64,000 nucleotides of DNA from the human T2T-CHM13v2.0 reference genome, Homo sapiens: NCBI RefSeq assembly GCF_009914755.1, contig NC_060925.1, one strand, 5' to 3'. Under the pieces are notes generated by a model. The model ran no database searches and had not been told where the DNA came from. It saw only the letters and a program-made list of their open reading frames with translations. The position numbers and the translations under genes are program-made. Numbering within the stretch: the first letter of the stretch is position 1; the number at the start of each line of letters is the position of its first letter. Below, piece by piece: positions 1 to 64,000 of this stretch.

Positions 1-7540
<7,540 letters not shown>

Positions 7541-7749
7541 CACTTGGTTTTATGTGTTCAAGGGAAAGTAGGTGAGAGATCCAATGCCATCTTCCTTTCA
7601 AAGCTGAAGGTGCTGACTATCAAGCTTGAGTTTCTAATCTGGTGCTTTCAGCCCTGGTCATGTGGCTGGATTTTCATAGTCACTAGGGCATTTTGACTTC
7701 CTAGCCATGGTTCTTCTTCCACTATATATATATGCTTAATATCCATTCA

Positions 7750-7996
<247 letters not shown>

Positions 7997-8581
7997 TAAT
8001 GTTTGGCCTGCATCAAACTGGGATGTAAGTGAGAAATAAACTTTTATTTTGTTAGAGCATTGAGATGTTGAGGTTGTTACAATATTTTAGCCTAGCCTGC
8101 GTCATGAGATTTGTTATATGGGTTGAAGGTTGACTATCCTCACTGCCTGATAATCTGATGTGCTCATCTCCCCAGGAAAGACAAACTGCTACATGGCCCT
8201 GATGAATACTTCCATTGGCTGCTGGGTACTCACCTTCCTGAAGAGGACCTGGCTAAGCAAGGTAATATTTGGGTTTTAGGCTTCTTTTTTTCTCTGGTTT
8301 CTTGGTTGATATTTTAATTGACAGAGTTTTCTTTATCTATGTCAGTGCCTCTAGGCAGACAATGATGTCTTATTCACTAGAAAGATTTTTCCTAAGCAGA
8401 AGTTGCCAAAATATGACAAACTAGGGGAAAAAGTTATGACTTGGGAAGGCATGATAAAAGGGTAATTTTCTTAATTTATAAAAGGATCTTATAAATTAAC
8501 AAAAAAATAGATAAGTTGATTCAAATCAGAAGGGAAAAAAGATATGCAAACAGCCAATTAGACTCATGAATCCTCAACCTT

Positions 8582-8988
8582 TGATATGGTTTGGATCTGT
8601 GTCCCCAACCAAATCTCATGTTCAATTGCAACCCTCAGTGTTGGAGTTAAGGCCTGCTGGGAGGTGATTGGATCATGGGGCTGGTTTCTCATGGTTTAAT
8701 ACCATTCCCCTTGGTGCTATCATCCTGAGAGTGAGTTCTCATGAGATCTGGCTGTTTAAAAGCATGTGGAACCTCCCCCCTCTCTCTGGGTCCTGCTCCT
8801 ATCATGTAAGACATCCACTGCTGCTTTGTCTTCCACCATGAGTAAAAGCTCCCTGAGGTCTCCCAGAAGCAGAAGCCGCCGTTCTTCCTGTACAGACTGC
8901 AGAACTATGAGCCAATTAAACATTTTTTCTTGATAAATGACCCAGCTTCAGGTATTTCATTATAGCAGTGTGAGAATGGACTAATACA
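8582..8988 (+). mobile_element. MaLR solo LTR (MST-like)
   Basis: TGATATGGTTTGGATCTGTGTCCCC...GGACTAATACA termini. Confidence 0.88.
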
Positions 8989-9282
8989 GCCTCTCATCAC
9001 CCCTCACTAATTCTACAAATGAAGATGCTGGGCTGCAAATGTACACATTACTGATAAGGAATTTCCCTGCTCCCCTGAAGGCACCCCCAACCCCAGCATT
9101 GGTGAAGCTTAAACAGGGCAGGCTATGATAGATAATGGCTGGTGAAGACAGCAAAGACTTGGCAGCACTCACCATGGCAAAGTTCCTCACTTGATGTCTA
9201 TCCCCATCATTTTGCACATGAGGAGGTGGAAGCATGGAAAGGTCAAGTTACCCATCTATCTAGGTAACTATTTCTTCTTTGA

Positions 9283-9658
<376 letters not shown>

Positions 9659-11081
9659 TTCTCTTGAATTCTTAATCTCTGAGAATGGTACCCCCATCCC
9701 ACCCCAGACTTTTATGCCACAGAGCCAGGAGGCCCCGTGGGCTCTTCCTCTCCCTCTGGCTCTGTGTTCTGTCATCACTATCTCTTGTTAATTCTGTCCC
9801 CTGACCATCTCTCCTAACCACATGTCTATCTCCAGCCCCACTGTTATTTTTCCTTGATTTGGAATTACATCAGCCTGAACTAGGGCATTTGCAACTCATC
9901 TAACCATCTTTGGTGTTACTCTTTCTCAGAGCAGCCAGAATGGCCTTCCTAGCACCCAAGTCTAATCATGCCAGACTGTTGTTCAGAATTCTGAGGTGTC
10001 TCCACATTAAGTAGAGATAAGATGCCTGTTGATCTGACCTCTGCCCACCTGTCCTGCCTCAACTCCCGCCACCTGCTGCATGCACAGGTACATCCTAATA
10101 CAGCTGGATTGCTGGTGGTTGCCCAAACATGCCACACTCTCTTGTTCCTTCCATTTTTTCAGGCTATTGCACGTGCTGCTCCTTTTGCCCAGAATCCTCT
10201 CCTTTACCCATCTCCAAGCCCCTCCTCATGTTCAAGTCTCAGCTCCAAAGCTCCGCCCTCTGAAAACAGCACTGTCCTGAGATTCAGCTGCTCTTTTGCC
10301 TCTGCATCCTCTGCATCTTGACCTTGCTTCTCCTCTGACATTATCCTCTAGACTTGCAGGGGAGGTGTCAGTCTTCTGGGGAGTCAGTGAACTGGATGGA
10401 AGGGCAGCTTCTTCTAAACTTTAAATCCCCAGTGCCAATCTAGGACGAAGCCTGGTGAATGATCAATATCTATGTGGTGAAAGAAAGAGATGATTAATCA
10501 ATAAGACATTTGCCCTGTCTGGGAGCTCACGTATAGCGAGGCGATGGCTTTGTAAGCCCCTCACTCTGACAGCAGGCTTGTGGGCAGGGAGGACTCTGAC
10601 CCTCCTCAGGAGTTGGGAGAGGCAAAGGGGGTCAGCTACAAGTGTACACACATCACATTCACCACACCATGCTTAAAAAACAAATCCATAAGTCGCAGCT
10701 GCCAAGCATGATGTAAATGTATGGGGATTGAGGGACTAATTCTGCTGGCCTGAGGTTTTTTCCTGGGTGGGGAGAGATTCAGGCCCTGTTTTGTCTTTCA
10801 CTTTTCACAAGGAACAGCCAAAGGGAACCTGGCTCCTCTGGTTCTCCATCCTTCCCGGAGTCTCTTCCCACACTCCAGAACGGGCCCCTTTCTCTGGAGG
10901 TGGCCAGCCCAGATTTGGGGGGTGGCCCACTGGTTGGCCTCCTTAAACTTTCCTAGAACTGTGCCACAGTTTAAGGGACAAACTTTTGAAAAACAGAACA
11001 ACAACAAAAAACTTGAAAGACTTCAAACCTTAATTTGTCTGAGAAAATCCACTGTTAACCCAATAGCTTGCTTGAATGGAG

Positions 11082-11706
11082 GTGTTAAAGATCAACAAAG
11101 CCAGACATTAGTTAAACCATGAAAACAGATTTTACTCAGTAACTACTTACAGTAGGAGAAAAAGCTGATCATTCTCATTTGTGCATAGCAGAATGGGCGT
11201 TTTAAAGGGTGAAGGAGAGAATAGGGCCGGGAAGCTAGCAGGGGATCAAGTGAAAAATCATGAAGGGGCGGTCAGTATTAATGACGGGCAGCTGTGCCTG
11301 GAGCTGGCCGTTATGAAGCTGGGATTCTATCCTCCCACAGAGACTGGGGGACAGAGGCCTATCCTCCCCATGACTGCATTTCAGAGCAATGGCTTTCAGG
11401 TCCTTGAGAAAGACACTTCTGAGGTGTAGGCGATACATATACATCTCAAAGCAACAGAGAAAGGATTCACAGTTGTAAGCCCTTTTAAGAAAATATCCTA
11501 AAAAAGGGAGGTCAGGGGCTTTACCATCGGGTGTTGGCTAGAATAAACGGGGAATTCTCCTGGCTGCCTTGAGCTTTCTCGGGAAGACATTTTACTGGGG
11601 TCGAGGTTAGGCGGCAGCGGAGGGTGGGGGACCTTGAGTCATGCTCCTATAAGCCACGCTAGAGTTCCTCGTCTTTGAGTGCAGAGGTTTAGACTGTGTC
11701 TTTGTG
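11082..11706 (-). mobile_element. ERV1-class solo LTR (MER67/MER31-like) just upstream of the MTARC2 promoter
   Basis: Reverse complement ends ...gatctttaaca and resembles the 3' end of the LTR at 49323-49781; subfamily from recall. Confidence 0.55.
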
Positions 11707-12237
11707 TGCAGAAAGTCCTGCAGTTCTCACAGCGACCTGCCAGAAAAAGTCGTTCCCAAATGTTTGTAAATCCTCCGTTGGGCAACCCGCCTTCACGTTC
11801 TGCGGTGATCTTGTCGAGCGACTAAGCGTGCAGTATTAGCAGAGAAGGGGGTGGCAGAGTGCTGGCGCTGAAGGTCATGTTGCATGGGTAACTGTCGTGT
11901 TGTAGGGGCGGGGAAGAGGGAGGAGACACTGACCACCCCAGAGGCCGCCCCATTAGCTCGCTTGCTTTGGGCGGCGTCGCTCCCACGGCGCCCAGGGTAC
12001 CCCCGCCGCTGTCTGCCTGTCTTCCTCCATTACCGCGCAGGCTTGGTCACCGCATTAAGGCATTCCCGCTCTCCGCGGAACTGCTCTGCCGTCTCGGCGG
12101 TGAAAGTGTGAGAGGGTCCGTAGTTGGGTCAACTTTGACTCCTCTCGCCTGCCCGGATCCTTAAGGGCCTCCTCGTCCTCCCGGTCTCCGGTCGCTGCCG
12201 GGTCTGTGCGCCGGTCCGCGCCCGCCCTCGCTCTGCC

Positions 12238-45608
<33,371 letters not shown>

Positions 45609-46827
45609 TGATGAGTGATGGATCCACTAGGGTGATATGGTAAAGGGTCAGCTTTGCTTCTGAATACGCTGTCTTGAAGCCATTGCTGCATTTTCTTGTG
45701 TTAATTTTTTTTATGTTATGCTGCTTTAATTCTTGAGAGAATGAACAGTTTTATATTCTGATCTTTGGAGTTGGAAAATGCCCTTAATTTCTGTTCCCTG
45801 CAGTAATTTGTGTACTCCTACCTCAGCCTTCTCCACCCCTATTTCCCATTTAATGGTAAAATGCTGATGGAAGAGGCTCAGCAGAAAGACAGGTATATGT
45901 TCACAGCTCATTACAGAATATCATTAAGGAATAGGGAAATGAAGGTGATTGATTCTCAGAGTTATGTACATTCTCAGAGTTATGTATTTATTTTTTCTGT
46001 CTCAGATAGAAGGGAAAATGTTTAAATTATTCAACATCAGCTTGGGAAATGTTTAAATTGAATGTCTTTTATCAAATGTATTTTTAAAGTATAATTGAAG
46101 TTTGAAAAAAAATCAGTGCATCATGGTGACTGGGTCCTGAATCATGAGTTAGAAAATAATGTTCTCACATTGATTTCATTGTGTCCAATACAGCCCTCAC
46201 TCCTGGAGGCAAAAGCCTAACTCCCAAATTAAAGGAATGAGAAAGTTGGACAGAGGACCTCAAATTGGAGATTTTAAGCAAGTTTTCTCATAAAATCCAT
46301 GACCCAGTTCTTTAAGTTACCTCATCTCCAAAACTCTTGACCATCCTTCTCTCTGATTCTGGCCTGAGCTTCTCACGTGTGTTACTTGCCTTTGTAGTCT
46401 TGACACCCACAACCTGACCCTCCTTAAGGACAGTGTAACACAGTGGCTTAGAAGGTGTAGATCTAGCATTAGATAGACTTGGGTTTGTAATCCAAGCATC
46501 TTCCTAACTTGGTTGAGATGTTTAACTTCTCTTTAAGTCTCAGTACCCTTATCTGCAAAGTGGGAATAATAGTACTTACCAAAACAAGCAATAAAAGTTA
46601 TCTTGAGTATTAATTCATATAAAGTTGCGCTGCAACACAAATAAAGTGCTCAGTAAATATCAGTTATGTTTTTTATTGCCATCATTCCATCATGATCCAG
46701 TCTTAGGTTCCATAGTGGGTATAAAGATGACACAGGCTTTGCCTTTGAGGTGGGCAAAAAGGAGCTACACTTCTATTGATGACTGTTATGACTAGGTATT
46801 TGCATAACCATAACCATATTTCATAAC

Positions 46828-46993
46828 ATATTTCATCCGTTCTGAGATCCTATTCTAACATCTCTGATATCAGTCAGCTTCTTATAACATTCAGGATGCC
46901 TTTTGAAAAATATCAGTGATGCATAAAATTATCAGTGATGCATATAATAATGGTGCATCTTACAATTGGTATATCTTGGATTTGATGAAATAC
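46828..46993. mobile_element. MER104-like TcMar MITE
   Basis: Terminal inverted repeats tatttcatc...gat / atc...gatgaaata. Confidence 0.65.
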
Positions 46994-47923
46994 AATAAGT
47001 ATTAATACTAGAGGGGAAACTGTGAAGCTCCTAAGTACCTGGCATTTCTAAAAGCCCCATTTGGGGAGAGTGGACCCAAGCCTGAGCCATCTAGCTTGAG
47101 TGAAACTGATCCTGTGTCCTGCTGTTCCAGTCATGATTGACTGGACCTGGATCATTGTGTGAGCCAAGGGCTTTCATGTGTTCTCTGCATCTGAGGGAGC
47201 CCAATGGCTGTGAGATACCATAACGATTGAGGGTTTTCCATATCACTCCGTCACAAACTCATCCAATCAGATCCTGTTTTGCAGTGGATGGAGGCAACAA
47301 ACATCTGTGGTTCACTCAGCCTCAATTTCCAATTGTCTCTGCTGCCCAGAAGGCCTTGTGTAATCTTTATCTGTGAGAGGATCTCTGTGAGATAGATATG
47401 ATAACAGGCACTTTATGGATGAGAAACAAAGGCTTAGATAGGTCAGCTGACGTAGGGCCTGGGAGCTGATGTGAGTTAGAGCTAATGGGCCATGCTTTCT
47501 GCACAGCACTGCACCATACATTTATATGTGTAACCTCAATAAGTGACTGTTTTGTGGGAGTTTGAATTATTTATGAACAGTAGGATAAACAACCAAATAA
47601 CCAGAGATTCTTATTATTTATTCAGGCTTCAGCAACCAGGAGGGATTGACTGAGATCTTAACAACAGCAGCAACGATACATCAGCAAATCCTTATTATCC
47701 AGCCTTCAACTATCTTTACCCTGGAAAACAATCTCGATTTTTGACTTTTCAAAGTTGTGTATGCTCCAGGTTAATGCAAGGAAAGTATTAGAGGGGGGAA
47801 TATGAAAGTATATATATAAATTTTAGGTACTGAAGGCTTTAAAAATAATTAAGATCATCAAAAATGCTATTTTGAATGTTATCATGGCTATTACACTTTT
47901 ACTTCCTGACTTTAATATTGATG

Positions 47924-47929
47924 AATAAA
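47924..47929 (+). terminator. Proximal poly(A) signal AATAAA of MTARC2
   Basis: AATAAA followed ~35 nt later by U/GU-rich sequence. Confidence 0.65.
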
Positions 47930-48494
47930 GCAAGTTTAATGAATCAACTAAAAAGCTGCAAAAATGTTTTTAAAATGTGTGCCTTTTATTACCTATCAGT
48001 CTATGTTTTGGGAGAAATGGGAAGCAACAGATCACTGTGTCCTGATGTGCAGGACGCATGTTACCACACTCACAAATGCCTAATATTGGTCTTTATGTGG
48101 CCATTGAGTCCTGTTGACTTTCCACTCATGTGCTTTTTACTCTAGCATTATGGAATCTGGGCTGTACTTGAGTATGGAAATTCTCTTATAGACTTAGTTT
48201 TAGTACTCTATTACACCTTTACTAAGCCACATAAAAGTAATCTGTTTGTGTGTAACTGCCAGATATACCACCTGGAATTCCAAGTAAGATAAGGAAGAGG
48301 ATGACATTTAAAAGAGAATGGAATTTTGAGAGTAGGAATGCAAGGAAGACAGCATGAACATATTTTTTTCAGTGCAAATAATTTTTTCGTAACAAAGAAA
48401 CGAACAACTTTGGTATGATCTTAAGCAAAAATACTCACTGAAATAGTATGTGGATGAATTCACCTACTTACAATTTTATGGTTTCTTTGTAAAT

Positions 48495-48500
48495 AATAAA
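48495..48500 (+). terminator. Distal poly(A) signal AATAAA of MTARC2
   Basis: AATAAA preceded by TGTA and followed by a U-rich tract. Confidence 0.65.
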
Positions 48501-49322
48501 TGTGAATCTCAATCCTGCTTTATCTTTGGTATTTATGAGTCTTCTTCCTGGGTTTTTCTCTTTATATTAGAATTTGAGTCACTGCAATTTATTTTTCCTT
48601 ACCCTTTCTGATTGCCTCCAGAGATACAATCTGACTCCACAAACACTGGCTTCTGTCATTGGCAGGGGGCGAGGGCGTTGTGAGCTGCAGGCACACAGGT
48701 GGCCTGTCTGTGGCAGGATGGCCAGTGTCCGCAAGGGGCCTTCCTAGTGGTCAGTGAGGAGTGGCTGTTCCCTCCTCCTCCATTTTCCTTTGCTGGGTTC
48801 TGGGACTGAAATTCACCACCATTCCCCGCACCCTGTGAGGTAAAAGTGGTAAGTGAGCTGTAGGCCTGGGTAAATTCTGGAAGTGATGAAATTGAAAAAT
48901 CAGAACTTCAAAGTCAGCCATTAAAATAGGGAAGCCATTTTTTCCTCTTAAATTTTCAAAGAGGAATTCAGGAGGGAGATAAACAGAAACGCACATTTGG
49001 TGCCCCGGAACTGCCTTTCCGAGGAGGATCAAGTCGTGCCTCCTGCTGAGCTGTGTCCTTTACAGACAAGGTGTGACCTGGGGTTGGAAGAGAAGAGAAT
49101 AGAGCAGAAAAACAGGACAGATAAGTGTTCAGGCCAATAAAGACAGAGCCTCCCTGAGCACTGAACTGCTCTGCAGTGAGTTGCCAGCTGGAGGAAGAGT
49201 GTTGTTCTTTTCTCTTGGCGAACTCCCGCTTCTCATCCATGCACCCTTGCCCTGCATGGGCAATTCTGGCTGAGTCTTGCAATGTACACTCCTGGCTCAG
49301 GGGACCATGGCTGAGCTGGGGA

Positions 49323-49781
49323 TAACACAGACTCTCCTTGACCAAACTTCGGTCTCTCCTGTGCCCTTTTCTTCATGAGGCCTTGACCTTGCCACCCTAC
49401 TCCCTGCAGAGCCCAGTTTAGCAAGAATCCTGCTTAGTCAGTTTCCAGAGTATTCTCCCATCCTTAATATCTGATCACCCTTGATGTCTGCTCAGATTCC
49501 TCATATGTCACCCTCAGTGTGTAAGTCCTTGCCTTGTTCAGTAGAATCCTGTTAAGTGGGTTTATCAAGAATCCTCTACACTTGATGTCTCCGCTTAGTG
49601 ATTTTCCATTCACTGACCCCGAGGAACTTCGCTCCTTGGCTATGAATCCTGAGCTGTCTTTGCTGTAATACAGAGTTGAGCCTAATCTCTTTCCCCTATT
49701 GTGATGCCCCTGTTACAGTAGCCTTGAATAGTCTTCCTTACCTTTTTAACAAGCGTCTGAGGGAATTTTTTTCCTTTAATA
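49323..49781 (+). mobile_element. MER31-like ERV1 LTR upstream of MTARC1
   Basis: gactctccttgaccaaactt...tttagcaagaatcctgct.agtcagttt matches recalled MER31. Confidence 0.7.
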
Positions 49782-50651
49782 GCTTGGTACATCAAGCAGG
49801 AGCCTGACTCCTAAACCACGCTGTTCGGGGTATGCTGACATTGTTGTCTGGAATATAACCTGATTTGGAAGTGACAAGTGACTGAGGTGAGTGCCTGCAG
49901 GACCAAGTGACTTTCCCTCCCGCCGGAAGCAGCCCGGGGACCTTGTGCAGCGTTAAACTGAGCCAAGGCCCTTGCCAATGCAGCTCCAGCTCGAGGCTCC
50001 CCGCCGGTAGGAGTCGAGCGTCCCCGAGCCGTGTAGAAGGCACTCTCAGACGCCCATTGCCGCTCCCAGGGGCCGCCGGGAGAACTCTGGCCTTGGCTCG
50101 CCGGCGCGGAGGGCCTGGTAGCATCCTCCTTCATCAGACCCCCACTCTCTGGAAGCTCCTAGCCCCTGGGCAGACTGAGGGGAGGGCGGCGGCAGCAGAG
50201 AGCTGGACACTGCACAGGCCAGGCAGGGCCTACCAGCTCTCCACTATTCCCAGGAGAGGCTGCTGCCAGCTGTCTGATTTCTAATTTCAAAATCACGCTT
50301 TGTCCTGCAAATGTTGTATATTGTTTATTTTAGGTCAAATAACCCCATAAATACGTAAGTAAATAAATTGGTCACTTGCAGCGATCGTGGGGTGGGGGAG
50401 GGCACAGCGCCCTGCAGCGCAGGCGACGGAAGGTTGCAGAGGCAGTGGGGCGCCGACCAAGTGGAAGCTGAGCCACCACCTCCCACTCCCCGCGCCGCCC
50501 CCCAGAAGGACGCACTGCTCTGATTGGCCCGGAAGGGTTCAGGAGCTGCCCAGCCTTTGGGCTCGGGGCCAAAGGCCGCACCTTCCCCCAGCGGCCCCGG
50601 GCGACCAGCGCGCTCCGGCCTTGCCGCCGCCACCTCGCGGAGAAGCCAGCC

Positions 50652-61722
<11,071 letters not shown>

Positions 61723-64000
61723 GTAACACTATGCCCCTTTGGATCTTTCCTTGGATTTGACTTCTTTTTTAAGGTATGAGAGTCTTTGACATTGGATTAG
61801 ATTATTCTGAAGGGTGCATTATTTATCAACTCTGTAATACATAACAATTTGATTTTTAGATTTATTCAGCACTTAATAAGTGCAGACTTCTGTGTGGAGG
61901 ATACAAATGTTGATGGGTCAGAGACTGTCATCAAGGAGGCAGTTCAGTATCTAAGGCTTCTAAGGAGAATTCTGAGTTGACAGGTTCGTTGTTGAGTCAC
62001 ATTTTCTTGCATAGACTACATGATCTGTGTGGGCCATGGAACAAAGAAAGTGTGTGCTCCTGTCTTGTTAAAGGATGGTCTTACTGTTTAGTAGACGGCT
62101 CTCTTGGAGAAGACAGGCATTTACTGCAAGGCTGCTGGGTGAGGGTTGGGAGAGGTTGTTGCCCCTAAGCTTCATGGCACTACCCTGAAATGCTTGCAGT
62201 GCCACCTTCCATCTGCCCTCAGATGTTTGCGTGGTGACTTAGCTTGAACAGCCCTGAGGCTTGGTTTCTGGGATTCCACAGGATTCTGGCAGCAAATTTA
62301 CCTTTGTAATAAATGGCCTTTGGCTATTTAACTTGATTCTCTCCCTGGGCTTCCATGAAGGCAGAGGTTGGTGGCCTAGAGGCATGGTGAGTGGCCACCA
62401 GCTGTGGATACTCAACAGAAACCCTGACCCACAGCTAGGAATTCAGGAGCTCTGGTTGTGCCTCAAATTTATGTTGAGAAGGGAGAGGTAAAGGGGACCA
62501 TATAGTGGTTCTTACGTCTGCCCATTTCCTCCATAACAGGGAAAAATGGAATCAAAGCAATTGAGTTTTAACCTTTTATCCTCAGAGGAGCCAATTATAT
62601 TCTTCACTTTTGCTGTACGGAGGCAAAACTATGCTGAAAGAGAAATAATCTAAGAATTTGATTCCCACATTCAAACCAGAAGATGTGACGGCTGGTTTCA
62701 GCTTCTGCGCTGGCTTCTGCATGACTTTGAGCAGCCCCGCTAAGTCCCATTTACCTTGCCTGAACAATGAGATGATCATATTTCTGCCTAGGGTTACCTT
62801 AAGGGTCTGTTGAAGGGTCAGTTTGGATAATGTAATTTATGAGATGTATAAAAGCAATATCAATCGATGGAGGATAATAAAAGTACGCCCAAATCCACTG
62901 CTAATGCTTCATATAAAATACTCATTGCTCCAAACTTCCAAGGGTAGCGTTTCTTCTAAAGATGGTGGAGAACTTCCTAGTGTGAGGCGGGTGGACTGTG
63001 TGCATGTCCCCCAAGGTCCTGGGTTGGGCATCTCTCAGTGCTTCTTTGTGACAAGAAATTTCTGCCTGTCCTGCTCCTGTGCACCATGGGCCAGCCTGAC
63101 TTAGACAACAGGAAAATAATCAGTGTTTGGTTGCCTTTGACCATCTCCTTGATATTCATCTTCCACCAGCTATGGCTAGGAGAGCCATTTCTCCTGAGAA
63201 CGTTCCTTCTCAGGAAAAGAGAAATGAGTGGGGAGGGTTTTGAATGAATACTTGTGTTGCGCTTAAGTATGTTGTCTCTTCTATGCCTCACGGCAGCCCA
63301 GCGGGATAAAGCTATCATTCCTATCTTACAGGAGAGAAGAGAGAGGCTTGGGGAGGTGAGGTGGCCTGCCCTAGGCTATACCACAGCAAGGAGGGGCTGG
63401 GTTTTGAACCCCAATTGTACAAGGCCAGAGGAACCCTGAGAATTCTAGGGCATATGTATGGGGCTGGGACAGCTGGATTCTAATCCACCTGCTTCCGCAA
63501 GTGACCGTACAAGCCTGGACAGGTCACCAAACTCGCCGAGGCATCTGCTTCTTGCAGTTGTAAAACACGGGCAGTTTCAATGACTCCCTCGCCTGATGGG
63601 AGCTGTGAGAATCAAGGTCGATGACAATTTGTGGAAAAGTTCTAGGACATTAAGTACCACAGGGAGGTAAGGAAGAGTTTCATTCCTGGGAGTTTGGCTC
63701 AGGTACCAGCTTTTTCCCTATGATCGACTTTAAGCTTTCTTTCTCCCCGGTGTGATTTGTGCACCGAGGGTCATGCTGAAGCCATTTCCACTCCAAAATT
63801 CTGTGACAGTAAGATTCGGATGACAGGAGAAGAGGAGATGGCCCAGAGTAGAACTTCAGATCTCGGAGATTTCTTTCAATTGAGTCTTACTCTAAAAACT
63901 CTAAAAATCTCTCTCTCTATCTCTGAGTGTTTCCTAGTTGAGAACATTCTGTATGTGAAGCTGGGCGGTAACACAATGGTGGCTGAGCCGGCCTTGTTTT

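Larger units (their letters stand above)
47626..48520 (+). other. MTARC2: MTARC2 terminal exon 8 (3'UTR)
   Basis: ttattttattcag| acceptor, AU-rich non-repeat sequence, AATAAA at 47924 and 48495; 3' end approximate. Confidence 0.75.

Noticed and set aside
11884-12111. Possible uORF upstream of MTARC2
   Set aside because: The ATG is ~350 nt upstream of the CDS and probably upstream of the main TSS; no support from sequence alone.
48655-48672. Second CTCF-like motif TTGGCAGGGGGCGA between the genes
   Set aside because: Lacks the conserved CC at the 5' end of the core; too weak to call.

Overview
Human (or very close primate) genomic DNA that I recognise from the translated exons as the chr1q41 MTARC2-MTARC1 locus (mitochondrial amidoxime-reducing components, MOSC-domain molybdenum-cofactor enzymes). 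The window holds the complete MTARC2 gene on + (7 coding exons, 12238-45608, 1008 nt = 335 aa, plus a non-coding exon 8 after a 3'UTR intron). About 2 kb downstream lie exons 1-4 of its tandem paralogue MTARC1 (50652-61722; the remaining exons are outside the window). Both genes start in CpG islands. The first ~7.5 kb is an old rearranged L1MA-type LINE, and the rest is ordinary Alu/L1/LTR/MIR/DNA-transposon-rich intronic sequence. I found no RNA genes, CRISPR arrays, foreign insert or convincing novel protein-coding gene. The most interesting signals are: (i) exon-1-restricted near-identity of the two paralogues, extending into intron 1, which suggests ectopic gene conversion; (ii) identical exon phases plus a short intergenic gap, allowing in-frame read-through chimeras; (iii) several alternative-splicing routes visible in the sequence; (iv) the Ala165 allele at the liver-disease variant codon; (v) an LTR plus splice donor just upstream of MTARC1; (vi) candidate CTCF, DR1 and HNF sites. 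Repeat subfamily names are from recall of consensus sequences and their boundaries are approximate.
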